Shown: positions 28,716 to 37,884, numbered from the stretch's first letter. The stretch: DNA of 48,647 nucleotides from Bdellovibrionales bacterium (GCA_050250255.1 JBFWOZ010000023.1:1-48647), one strand, 5' to 3'. The notes: a model not told the origin generated them from the sequence alone. Numbers and translations: made by a program.

Positions 28716-30073
28716 GTTCTCACATCCAAGAACATTAGATCATCATCTAAGCTCTGTCCGTCAATGCGAAAAGCATCTGCTTTGGACCCGTAATCTTTAA
28801 ATCCAAGCTTCAAATACATTTCATGGGCTACAGTATTCTGTGAAAACACTCCTAGATCAATGTAATCAATTTGTTTTTGCTGTTTCGCCCAAGAGATAGC
28901 GGTTTCCATTAATTTTTTTCCGTACCCTTTGCTCCAAAACATTTGTTCAATACCTATGCCGAGCAAAACTCGATGAAGATTTGTTTCAAGATTTTGTGTG
29001 TTTAAGCAGACATGGCCGTAGCATTTTTTATCATGGAAAAGTCCCCAGGCAATTTCCCAACTGGGTCCAAATGCGGGAGCGGAAATCTGACGAGCTCGTT
29101 TGTCTAAAAGTTCATAGATGTCGTGGTCTTTTTTAAGAGGAAAAGGGTGCACAGTTGCGTTATTGATTCCCCGTTGCTGGAAAATACGTCGGTAGTGAAG
29201 AGTATATTCTTTGATGTCACTGATTTGAATTTGTTTGATCTCTAGTGGCGTGGAAGATGAAACGGTATATGGAGGCTCGGCCATTAATTCTTTGATATCT
29301 TCCTTTGGCTTTAAAACAATCCATTCGGAGATCGCGGTTTCTAAAGTGCTACGAATTTGTTGGAACGCCTCGGCTTCATGGGGCTCCATCCACACTTTTA
29401 CTTCCACATAGGGAGGAGTAAGTCTATATCCACGTTGGAGTTTTGATTCGCCAAGGGCTTTTTCTACTTTTTCTGCGAGATCGGCTTCGGGAATCCCTAA
29501 GCAGGTCCATCTATAAAGTTCCGTTTTTTCTTTCTCAGGAATGAGATGTGAAAGAGGTTCGTGGATATGGTCTTTCCAAATCGCTTGGAGCTCTTTAGGG
29601 GGTCCTGGTAAAATCCAAACTTGATTCGCACCGACTTCAAAGGTGAAGCCACTTGCAGTACCGACTCGATTCAAAAGTTTTTTTGAGCCTTCTGGAAAAT
29701 AACACTGCTGTTTTTGTGACTCTTTCAGTTTTCGGCCCCGACTTTTCATCTTCGTTTCGATGTCCTGAAGTTCGTTATCGTCAAACACCAAAACTTTTTG
29801 GGCCCATTGAGCGACAACTTCTCGAGTGAAGTCATCTGTGGTAGGGCCAAGCCCCCCTATGACAAAAAGATGTTCGCATTGAGCTGAAAGATGCTTGAGC
29901 GCCGAGAGAATCAGAGGCCGTTCATCTGGCACCGACATGTGAAGTGGAACGTCAAACCCATATTCTGATAGCTGGGCGGCAATCCACGCGGCGTTGGAGT
30001 TCGTGATTTGACCGCTCGTCACTTCGGTACCAATTGCAAGAACATTGGCTCTTACTTTTTTGTATGATGCCAT
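28712..30073 (-). CDS. CinA N-terminal (MocF-like) plus KH-like domain fused to a GNAT acetyltransferase
   Basis: IGTE..SG...NSN, GGLGPT.DD.TRE, N..GTA.G, LPGPP.E, G.PE; then HR.LLGIGI...WSKGYGKKLM, L.VF..N..A..MY.KLGF; start ATG 30073. Confidence 0.8.
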   Translation of the reverse strand: MASYKKVRANVLAIGTEVTSGQITNSNAAWIAAQLSEYGFDVPLHMSVPDERPLILSALKHLSAQCEHLFVIGGLGPTTDDFTREVVAQWAQKVLVFDDNELQDIETKMKSRGRKLKESQKQQCYFPEGSKKLLNRVGTASGFTFEVGANQVWILPGPPKELQAIWKDHIHEPLSHLIPEKEKTELYRWTCLGIPEADLAEKVEKALGESKLQRGYRLTPPYVEVKVWMEPHEAEAFQQIRSTLETAISEWIVLKPKEDIKELMAEPPYTVSSSTPLEIKQIQISDIKEYTLHYRRIFQQRGINNATVHPFPLKKDHDIYELLDKRARQISAPAFGPSWEIAWGLFHDKKCYGHVCLNTQNLETNLHRVLLGIGIEQMFWSKGYGKKLMETAISWAKQQKQIDYIDLGVFSQNTVAHEMYLKLGFKDYGSKADAFRIDGQSLDDDLMFLDVRT

Positions 30074-30690
30074 GTCGGATTCTTTTTTAGGAAATAAAAC
30101 ATAAAGAGGGGAACAATCAAAGTTGTGGAACCTAAGGGCGAGGAGAAAGCGAAAACAAAGTAGGAGAAAGGCATGAGCCACGCAAAGAGGTAGGGATATT
30201 TTATCTTCCTTTGCGTGCGTTGAAGAGCCATATCGCCAACGAGTCCAATGATCCAAATCAAAATGGCTAAACTCTGTAACAGCAAAATTTCTTTTTTAGG
30301 ATCAAATCTTACAATATAAAGCGGAAGTGCCAAGAGAACTGCAAGTAGCGCGCGCCATTGGAAAAATAGAAAAGACTTCCATCCAGATGGTTTCTGAGTC
30401 GCCGTTGATGAATTCTGATTTTTAAGGATGAGACTAGTCCATCGTACAGACCACAAAATGAACATGACACTCAACGCAATAAGTTTAGGATTATGGACTT
30501 CATGTCGGTAGAGCGCATGTGCCGCGACAATTGTGAAAGACACGGCTAACCCTACGTCCGCCAGAAACGCATGCGGTCTTGCACGCGAGTAAATCCAAAG
30601 CAGCAGCATAAAGCTACCAACAAACAAATAGGCTTCGAGGGCATTCATTCCTGAGGCATACGCAACAATAATTCTTGGATCTGGAAACAT
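30052..30690 (-). CDS. DUF1295/steroid-reductase-like membrane protein (divergent)
   Basis: Multiple TM helices, AD.., WS.RW, F.FFQ..A, IG..GD..L. Confidence 0.5.
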   Translation of the reverse strand: MFPDPRIIVAYASGMNALEAYLFVGSFMLLLWIYSRARPHAFLADVGLAVSFTIVAAHALYRHEVHNPKLIALSVMFILWSVRWTSLILKNQNSSTATQKPSGWKSFLFFQWRALLAVLLALPLYIVRFDPKKEILLLQSLAILIWIIGLVGDMALQRTQRKIKYPYLFAWLMPFSYFVFAFSSPLGSTTLIVPLFMFYFLKKNPTWHHTKK

Positions 30691-30798
30691 CGCATGAACT
30701 TAACGCGCTTCTGATGAACGGTCGAGATAAACTTTTACATTTTCACAATTCTTATAAGGTGAGGCAGTATAAAAAGGCAGTACCAAAAAGGGAGTCTC

Positions 30799-32079
30799 AT
30801 GAAAATTCTTATGACAGGCGCAACGGGTTTTATTGGAAAAGAAATGGGAATCGCGCTTGCAAAAAAAGGTCACGAACTCATCGTACTTTCTCGAGATGTA
30901 GCAATGGCGAAAATGCACCTCCCTTTTCCGTGCACCATCTATGAATGGCGGAGGCATATGTCTTCTGATGCATGCAAAGGAATTCAGGCCGTTGTTCATT
31001 TGGCGGGTGAACCCGTAGCAGGACGATGGACTTCGGATAAAAAAAGAAAGATTCGAGACTCCCGCATTCATAATACCCACACGCTTTTTCGTTACTTAAC
31101 GGCAAATAAAGCACACCATCAGCTCACTCATGTTGTGGCAGCCTCGGCGGTGGGTTTCTACGGAGATCGTGGCGGGCAAATTTTGACAGAAGAGTCGGAT
31201 CAAGGTCAGGGATTTCTTTCACAGGTTTGTGTGGATTGGGAGAAGGCGACTCAAGAAGGGAGCGAATCTCTTGGTGCTCGCTATATAGGTATCAGAACGG
31301 GCATGGTGCTTGGAACTCAAGGTGGTGCGCTGAAAGAGATGCTTCCGCTTTTTCAGCGAGGTTTGGGTGGTGTTTTGGGAGATGGAACTCAATATATGAG
31401 TTGGATTCATCTTCAGGATCTTGTTCGAATGTATGTGAGTATGATCGAAAACTCTGAGGCTCAAGGCGTGTTTAACGGGGTAGCTCCTCATCCCGTAAGC
31501 AATTCGCAATTTACTTCGGAACTTTGTCAGGCTTTAGGAGTTTCTAAGGGATTTTCAGTGCCGGCGTTTGTGTTAAAAGCCATGCTTGGAGAAGTATCGG
31601 TCTTGGCCCTTTCAAGTCAAAATGCGATTCCGCAAAAAGCGATGGAGAAGGATTTTATATTTGAATACCCAACGTTAGAAGAGGCATTACGGAATCTTTT
31701 CCGAGGGCAAAACCCAGGCGAGAAAACTTTTATAAGCAAGCAATGGATTCCTATGAGCTTATCCAAAACGTTTGATTCGTTTAAACAACCGTCACAAATG
31801 AAAATCTTTCTACCTTCATGGGTCGATGTTAAAAATTTACCAGTTCCAATCGTAGAGGGATACTCTACTAGCTACGAACTCAAAATCAAAGGTGCCTCGG
31901 TTCATCATCTACAGACCTTTGAGACCTTAGGAAGAGGAACTTTGATGACAGATCGACTGGTTTATCGTCCTCCCCTGGGTGTTGCTGGCCATTGGTTGGC
32001 AACTCCACTTATAGACCGAGATCTAAAGGCCTTTACAGAACACCGACGACAAGTGATTTTTGATCGTTTCTGCCGGTAG
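30799..32079 (+). CDS. TIGR01777 (YfcH-like) NAD-dependent epimerase/oxidoreductase with C-terminal SRPBCC-like extension
   Basis: TGATGFIG, HLAGE, RW....K..I..SR, ASAVGFYG, FL..VC..WE, G.G.QYMSWIH, extension ending H...F...GTLM.D...Y..P.G...F..R. Confidence 0.85.
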   Translation: MKILMTGATGFIGKEMGIALAKKGHELIVLSRDVAMAKMHLPFPCTIYEWRRHMSSDACKGIQAVVHLAGEPVAGRWTSDKKRKIRDSRIHNTHTLFRYLTANKAHHQLTHVVAASAVGFYGDRGGQILTEESDQGQGFLSQVCVDWEKATQEGSESLGARYIGIRTGMVLGTQGGALKEMLPLFQRGLGGVLGDGTQYMSWIHLQDLVRMYVSMIENSEAQGVFNGVAPHPVSNSQFTSELCQALGVSKGFSVPAFVLKAMLGEVSVLALSSQNAIPQKAMEKDFIFEYPTLEEALRNLFRGQNPGEKTFISKQWIPMSLSKTFDSFKQPSQMKIFLPSWVDVKNLPVPIVEGYSTSYELKIKGASVHHLQTFETLGRGTLMTDRLVYRPPLGVAGHWLATPLIDRDLKAFTEHRRQVIFDRFCR

Positions 32080-32155
32080 GACTTTGAGATGTGAAAATAA
32101 GAAAGAAAATCCTTACGCAGTACATACAGGCCGTAAGTAGGGTCTATCTCCCCGT

Positions 32156-32200
32156 CCTAACACAATCCTAAAAAATCCCTCATTCTCTTTTGGTTATATT
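32156..32200 (+). promoter_or_regulatory. Putative Pho box (three 11-bp-period half-sites) and -10 of pstS
   Basis: CCTAAC(32156)-CCTAAA(32167)-CCTCAT(32178), then TATATT at 32195-32200; no canonical -35. Confidence 0.6.
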
Positions 32201-32241
32201 TGTTTATATCCTCTTGGAAACCTAATTTAAGGAGAGTCTTT

Positions 32242-33264
32242 ATGACCCATGTTTTACTGAAGCTTGTGGCCACACTTGCCCTGAGTTTCTCAACGTATGC
32301 TCGCGCCGAAACAGTCATGATTAATGGTGCCGGAGCGACGTTTCCGTACCCGATTTATTCGAAGTGGTTCAGTGAATATAAAAAAATCGATAAAGATGCT
32401 CAAGTGAACTACAACTCGATTGGAAGCGGCGGAGGCATTCGCCAGTTTTTAGATAAAACAGTCGATTTCGGCGCAAGTGATGCTCCGATGACAGAAGAGC
32501 AACTTTCTAAAGCTCCCGAGGGCGTGCTGCACGTTCCGACAGTGATGGGTGCCGTGGTGCTCAGTTATAATATTCCAGAAGTGAAATCGAGTCTCAAACT
32601 GACGTCTGAAATCATTGCGGAAGTTTATCTCGGAAAAATCACATCGTGGGATGACGCAAAAATCGTAAAAGAAAATCCTGGAATTAAATTACCAAAATTA
32701 TCCATCGTACCTATCTATCGTTCTGATGGTAGCGGAACAACCGCGATCTTTACCGACTATCTCTCTCAAGCTCACCCAAGCTGGAAGACCGATGTGGGAC
32801 AAGGCACGGCCGTAAAGTGGAAGACAGGCCTTGGTGGAAAAGGGAACGAAGGCGTGACTGGTCAGATTAAACAAACTCCTGGATCTATCGGTTATATTGA
32901 GTTTGTGTACGCGGAAACCAACAAACTTCCCGTGGCGACTTTGAAAAACAAAGCTGGCAAGTACGTGACTCCAACCGTAAAGAGCGTGACATCAGCAGCG
33001 TCGGCGGCATTAAAAAATATGCCTACGGACTACCGTGTTTCCATCGTGAATGCCGACGGAAAAGACTCTTACCCAATTTCAGGTTTCACGTACGTTCTCA
33101 TCCGTAAAACGATGGAAAAAGTGAAGGGCAAAAAGATTGTAGCTCTGTTGAATTGGGTCCTAACAGCGGGCCAAGGTATGGCGCCAGCATTGTCGTATGC
33201 GCCACTTCCATCTTCACTCGTTTCGAAGGTGAAAGTCTCTTTGAAAGAAGTCAAATTGCAGTAA
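32242..33264 (+). CDS. pstS: Phosphate ABC transporter substrate-binding protein
   Basis: GAGATFP.P.Y, GSGGG, DFGASD, RSDGSGTT, GKGNEG, YPISG; AAGGAG RBS. Confidence 0.96.
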   Translation: MTHVLLKLVATLALSFSTYARAETVMINGAGATFPYPIYSKWFSEYKKIDKDAQVNYNSIGSGGGIRQFLDKTVDFGASDAPMTEEQLSKAPEGVLHVPTVMGAVVLSYNIPEVKSSLKLTSEIIAEVYLGKITSWDDAKIVKENPGIKLPKLSIVPIYRSDGSGTTAIFTDYLSQAHPSWKTDVGQGTAVKWKTGLGGKGNEGVTGQIKQTPGSIGYIEFVYAETNKLPVATLKNKAGKYVTPTVKSVTSAASAALKNMPTDYRVSIVNADGKDSYPISGFTYVLIRKTMEKVKGKKIVALLNWVLTAGQGMAPALSYAPLPSSLVSKVKVSLKEVKLQ

Positions 33265-33285
33265 GCCTTTAGTCAAAGGAAGTGC

Positions 33286-34206
33286 GTGAAAGAGTTTCAC
33301 GTCGAGGATCGATTATTTATTGGTATCTTAAGAGCTATCGGAATACTTACGATAGCTCTGCTTGTGCTCATCTTTTTGATGTTGCTCACACGGTCTCAAC
33401 CATTGCTCCAAACAATGGGGCTTCAATTTTTTTATATCAGCGAATGGAATCCTGTAACGGATGAATATGGCGCACTTGCCTTTATTTACGGTACAGTTGT
33501 GTCATCGCTTCTTGCGCTCCTCATCGCCACTCCTCTTAGTGTAGGAGTCGCTCTCTTTTTAACGGATGTGGTACCGGGGCGAACGGCGAAACTTGTGGGG
33601 TTTCTCGTCGAGATGTTGGCGGCGGTTCCGAGCGTAGTTTACGGGCTGTGGGGAATTTTTGTTTTAGCCCCGTGGGTTCGAGAAAAAATTCAAATCCCCG
33701 TTGGCGGATCTTTAGGCGAGTTCCCTCTCTTTAGTGGTCCACCGCTAGGTGTGGGAATGCTCACAGCTGGAATGATTCTCGCTATTATGGTGACGCCAAC
33801 TATTTCCACAATTTGTCGTGAAGTGTTTAGCGCTATTTCTCGGAACCAACGGGAGGCAGCTCTTGCTCTTGGTTCAACACGTTGGGAGATGATGCGAATT
33901 GCAGTATTAAAAAGTTCCACTACCGGTATTTTGGGCGCCGTAACTTTAGGACTTGGTCGTGCCATTGGAGAAACCATGGCCGTCACGATGGTGATAGGCA
34001 ATCGTAATAGTATTTCTCCCTCACTCTTCGCTCCTGGCCAAACTATGGCGAGTCTTATTGCCAATGAATATGCGGAAGCTACTACTGAAAGCCATTTGTC
34101 CGCATTAGCGGCGATTGGACTCGCGCTCATGCTCGTGTCTCTGATCATTAATTCATTTGCGCGATTGATTGTGCGTGGGATGACTTCGAAGGGCAGTAAG
34201 GGATGA
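33286..34206 (+). CDS. pstC: Phosphate ABC transporter permease
   Basis: W.P, YGT..SS, LAAVPSVVYGLWG, REAALALG.TRW, LGRAIGETMAV. Confidence 0.95.
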   Translation: MKEFHVEDRLFIGILRAIGILTIALLVLIFLMLLTRSQPLLQTMGLQFFYISEWNPVTDEYGALAFIYGTVVSSLLALLIATPLSVGVALFLTDVVPGRTAKLVGFLVEMLAAVPSVVYGLWGIFVLAPWVREKIQIPVGGSLGEFPLFSGPPLGVGMLTAGMILAIMVTPTISTICREVFSAISRNQREAALALGSTRWEMMRIAVLKSSTTGILGAVTLGLGRAIGETMAVTMVIGNRNSISPSLFAPGQTMASLIANEYAEATTESHLSALAAIGLALMLVSLIINSFARLIVRGMTSKGSKG

Positions 34207-35051
34207 GTCGAACGGTGGCGTACCGAAAAATCAAAGATCGATTTATGCATTTCTTGCTGGCTCTTCTTTGCGTGCTGGTCATTTTGCCTCTTGCGAATGT
34301 GTTTTGGTTTGTTCTGAGCCAAGGTTGGTCCGCTGTGAATTTAGATTTTTTTATTCATACGCCTGCGCCTGTCGGCGAAGTGGGTGGGGGAATTGGTAAT
34401 GCTCTTTTAGGGAGTCTCATCATTGTGGGAATTGCTTCTATGATTGGTGTGCCTTGGGGAGTGAGCTGTGGAATTTTTCTTTCAGAATACAGCCGGTCGA
34501 AATTCGCAAAAGTTTTAAGATTTTCCACAGACTTATTAACAAGTGTACCTTCCATTGTGATTGGTCTTTTTACCTACGCGGCGATTGTCGTACCGATGAA
34601 AGGTTTCTCGGCATTGGCGGGAGGGATTTCGCTTGCAGTGATCATGATTCCATCTGTGGCGCGAACGACAGAAGAAATGTTGAAGTTGATTCCCGACACC
34701 GTACGCGAAGCGGGGCTAGCTTTGGGTATTCCTCGATGGAAAGTGATCACGCGTATTGTCCTTCGAGGTGGTCTCGGAGGTGTCGTGACGGGAATTATGC
34801 TTTCTATCGCACGCGTGACGGGTGAGACAGCGCCATTACTTTTTACGGCTTTTAACAATCGGTTTTGGTCCACTTCGGTGACTGAGCCGATCGCTTCTTT
34901 ACCTGTACAAATTTTTACTTATGCCATCAGCCCCTATGAAGATTGGCATCGACAGGCTTGGGCAGCCGCCTTAGTATTATTGATGTTCGTTTTTGTGATT
35001 AATTTAACGACTCGTCTGCTGCTTGCAGGTCGAACTTCTAAAGGAGAATGA
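34203..35051 (+). CDS. pstA: Phosphate ABC transporter permease
   Basis: [35 protein letters not shown]. Confidence 0.95.
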   Translation: MSRTVAYRKIKDRFMHFLLALLCVLVILPLANVFWFVLSQGWSAVNLDFFIHTPAPVGEVGGGIGNALLGSLIIVGIASMIGVPWGVSCGIFLSEYSRSKFAKVLRFSTDLLTSVPSIVIGLFTYAAIVVPMKGFSALAGGISLAVIMIPSVARTTEEMLKLIPDTVREAGLALGIPRWKVITRIVLRGGLGGVVTGIMLSIARVTGETAPLLFTAFNNRFWSTSVTEPIASLPVQIFTYAISPYEDWHRQAWAAALVLLMFVFVINLTTRLLLAGRTSKGE

Positions 35052-35053
35052 GG

Positions 35054-35809
35054 ATGTCCATTCTCGAAGTGCAATCTTTAAATGCCTGGTTTGGAACACA
35101 TCACGTAGTGAAAGATATTAGTCTTTCGGTCAACGATAAAGGCATCGTCGCGTTGATGGGTCCTTCGGGTTGTGGAAAATCCACTTTTTTACGTTGCCTT
35201 AATCGCCTTCACGAAGAAGTCCTGCATGCTCGGGTCGAAGGTAAAGTGAATTTGCTCGGACAAAATATTTACGAACGTGGAACCGATCCCGTCGTCATTC
35301 GAAGAAAAATTGGAATGGTTTTTCAAAAACCAAATCCTTTTCCGGCGATGAGTATTTTTGAAAACGTCGCGATTGGGCTTACGATGGCGGGAGTGCGGAA
35401 TCGTACGGTGATTACCGAGACTGTAGAAAAGTCCTTACGCGGCGCAGCCCTCTGGGAAGAAGTGAAGGATAAATTAAAAGCTCCTGGCTCAAGCCTCTCG
35501 GGAGGACAACAGCAAAGACTCTGTATCGCTCGGGCACTTGCCGTAGAACCACCAGTGCTTCTTATGGACGAACCCACAAGCGCCTTAGATCCTATTTCGA
35601 CGGCGAAAATTGAGGAGCTTCTTGCGGATTTGAAAAAACAGATGACGATAGTCATCGTGACCCATAATCTACAGCAGGCAGCACGTACGTCAGATCGAAC
35701 CGCTTTTTTTCTGATGGGGGATCTAGTAGAATACGGAGAGACGAGCCAGATTTTTACAACTCCGAAAGACCCTCGTACCGAACAATATATTACTGGACGT
35801 TTTGGATAG
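35054..35809 (+). CDS. pstB: Phosphate ABC transporter ATP-binding protein
   Basis: [51 protein letters not shown]; second ATG fits the AAGGAG spacing. Confidence 0.96.
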   Translation: MSILEVQSLNAWFGTHHVVKDISLSVNDKGIVALMGPSGCGKSTFLRCLNRLHEEVLHARVEGKVNLLGQNIYERGTDPVVIRRKIGMVFQKPNPFPAMSIFENVAIGLTMAGVRNRTVITETVEKSLRGAALWEEVKDKLKAPGSSLSGGQQQRLCIARALAVEPPVLLMDEPTSALDPISTAKIEELLADLKKQMTIVIVTHNLQQAARTSDRTAFFLMGDLVEYGETSQIFTTPKDPRTEQYITGRFG

Positions 35810-35834
35810 GATCTCGCCGAAGGCGAGTAGGTAA

Positions 35835-36500
35835 ATGATGGAAAGACAACTTGATTCCCAGTTAAGAGAATTAAAAGACACCATTCTCAGCATGGGTGGT
35901 TATGTAGAAAAAGCTCTCGAAGAAGCCATTCAAGGTCTCGTCAAACGCGAACCCGAAAAATTAAAACATGTTCATGAGTGGGAAGCGAAAATCAACGAAG
36001 CTCACATCGTCGTGGATGAATTATGTTTGAAGCTTCTCGCAAGACAAGCACCGCTCGCTCAAGATTTGCGAATGGTACTCGCGGTTGTAAAAATCAATAC
36101 TGACTTAGAGCGTATGGGCGATCAGGCTGTGAACATTGCACTCAATGGTCAGCATTACTTGAACGATTCGCCACTCACTTACATTAACGATCTCGCCGGA
36201 ATGGCTGCGGAAGTTCGCGAAATGGTACGCGAAGCTCTCGATGCCTTTGTTCGTAAGGATGGTCCACTCGCACAAAAGGTTTTAGAAAAAGATGATGTGG
36301 TCGATCGCTACAAAGACGACATGTTCAAAACTTTGATTGACCACATGAAAAAAAATCCGTCTTCTATCGAAGCTTGTATTGATGTACTCCTCATCGCGCG
36401 GAACCTTGAACGATTGGGAGATCACGCCACGAATATCGCGGAGGACGTGATCTTTATAACTACAGGTAAAGACGTCCGTCATGGGCATGAAAAAGCATAA
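35835..36500 (+). CDS. phoU: Phosphate signalling protein PhoU
   Basis: Two repeats: ARQAP.A.DLR...DLERMGD and RNLERLGDHATNIAE. Confidence 0.95.
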   Translation: MMERQLDSQLRELKDTILSMGGYVEKALEEAIQGLVKREPEKLKHVHEWEAKINEAHIVVDELCLKLLARQAPLAQDLRMVLAVVKINTDLERMGDQAVNIALNGQHYLNDSPLTYINDLAGMAAEVREMVREALDAFVRKDGPLAQKVLEKDDVVDRYKDDMFKTLIDHMKKNPSSIEACIDVLLIARNLERLGDHATNIAEDVIFITTGKDVRHGHEKA

Positions 36501-36519
36501 TTACTGAGGCCTAAATCAG

Positions 36520-37050
36520 ATGAAACATCTTTTGCTTTTTGTTGTCATTGTAGGAGCGGCGATTTGGATTCAGAGATCTTTTTTCTCTAGCTCTGAAACA
36601 GCATTTCAAGAACAAGTGGCTGAAGCGCCCAGTGCTCTCGTCGAAACTCCAAAAGCTTTACCGACACCAAAGCCAGAATCTCCGCCACCGAACGCTCCTA
36701 AGCCTACGAATCCTTCTGCGCAGGTGGCTCCCGAAACCCCCGCTCCTAACTCCGATGGTCCCGTTTACATGAAAGGGGCCGTGCATCGCCCTCCATTTTT
36801 TATCAACGAAGCTTTAGTGACGGAATTAGAAAACGAAGGAAATAACATTCGCGAGTTGGGGAATACCGAATCCGAACCTCTCGGCTGGCGCATCTGGCTT
36901 CGCCGTCACGACACAATTTTCGCAAAGATGGGTGTGTATAGTGGGGATCTCATCCGTTATGAGCAACTCGAAAAAGTTGTGCAAAACAATCCCAACGACA
37001 CACAACTGATTGAGCGCTTCAAGCGTGTGCTCGAAGATATGTTGAATTAA
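36520..37050 (+). CDS. Membrane-anchored hypothetical protein with Pro-rich linker and possible GspC-like PDZ remnant
   Basis: N-terminal TM, P/A-rich stalk, GWRI......TIFAKMGV.SGDLI. Confidence 0.6.
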   Translation: MKHLLLFVVIVGAAIWIQRSFFSSSETAFQEQVAEAPSALVETPKALPTPKPESPPPNAPKPTNPSAQVAPETPAPNSDGPVYMKGAVHRPPFFINEALVTELENEGNNIRELGNTESEPLGWRIWLRRHDTIFAKMGVYSGDLIRYEQLEKVVQNNPNDTQLIERFKRVLEDMLN

Positions 37051-37103
37051 GGTACGGACACACTTTTGGGACTCATTGCGTCCCAAAAGTGTGTCCGTAC
37101 CTT
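37049..37103. repeat. REP-like palindromic repeat, copy 2 (perfect 24 bp stem)
   Basis: AAGGTACGGACACACTTTTGGGAC-tcattgc-GTCCCAAAAGTGTGTCCGTACCTT fills the gap between convergent stop codons. Confidence 0.88.
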
Positions 37104-37104
37104 T

Positions 37105-37398
37105 TTAAGCCGCGCTATCGGGCTTTTTCTTTATTCTCATGCGAAGCATGTCGGGACAAAACTCAAGTCCATTGGGCCATGCAAGTGCTCCAGAGGAGAC
37201 GAAGCATTTTTCAAACAACTGACCCTTTAAAACTTCCGCTACAAGATGGGTTGGATCTGAGAAAATATCATGGAGTGATACCCAACCCACTTGATTGTCG
37301 GCATAGCGCAACTTCACAGCGTAAGTATCGCTTTTCACATCTAAAACTTCTGTGATCTGGTGACCAAGATCCATTTTTTTTAAAGCTTTCTTATTCAC
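37105..37398 (-). CDS. DUF2442 protein (putative antitoxin)
   Basis: I..V.....Y...L.Y.D, L....F....V..G.L.WPNG.E.CPD.L; GTGA overlap with DUF4160. Confidence 0.82.
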   Translation of the reverse strand: MNKKALKKMDLGHQITEVLDVKSDTYAVKLRYADNQVGWVSLHDIFSDPTHLVAEVLKGQLFEKCFVSSGALAWPNGLEFCPDMLRMRIKKKPDSAA

Positions 37399-37655
37399 TC
37401 GAGAGGCCTTACTCGACTTGGAGTTTTATATTCTTGTGCCTCTTGCCATGATTTTAAAACCTCTGCCTTTCGGTAGAGTAACCATTCTAGCACAATTCGA
37501 CGAATTCGAGGAGGCAAACTTCCAGCCATTGTTTTACCCGTACTAATTTCTAAAAGAGCTTTATGTTCACCATATTGCACATGAATATGTGGAGGGTTAT
37601 GATCTCTTTGGAAAACTCGAATCACAATACCTAAAAATACAGAGATAACAGACAT
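37395..37655 (-). CDS. DUF4160 protein (putative toxin)
   Basis: IS.F.GI.I....DHNPPH.H..YGE, G.LP, V.EW, W......PL. Confidence 0.87.
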   Translation of the reverse strand: MSVISVFLGIVIRVFQRDHNPPHIHVQYGEHKALLEISTGKTMAGSLPPRIRRIVLEWLLYRKAEVLKSWQEAQEYKTPSRVRPLE

Positions 37656-37884
37656 GGAAGATCTGCTGGGTGCAAATTAGTAGGCATAGATAAGAAAAAT
37701 GTTGGATAGAGTTTGAGACTGACTTCAAACGAATGCCGGATGAAATAAAATTTCATTTTAAAAAACTCATATTACAACTTCTTCAGGAGAAGCAGACCAA
37801 GACCATGACCTATTGGATTTGTTATGATGCATAGAGCTTGTGGGTCTCAAGCAGGTTCAACTTCGCGATTGGGGTCAATGAATT

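Noticed and set aside
30074..30256. Longer start for the CinA-GNAT ORF
   Set aside because: Lies inside the DUF1295 gene; CinA homology starts just after ATG 30073
33690..34322. 210 aa antisense ORF opposite pstC/pstA
   Set aside because: Shadow of hydrophobic permease codons; no RBS or family motif
17794..37103. The two palindromes as CRISPR repeats or transposon ends
   Set aside because: Only two copies 19 kb apart, no spacers or cas genes, core housekeeping genes between them, no transposase or target duplication seen
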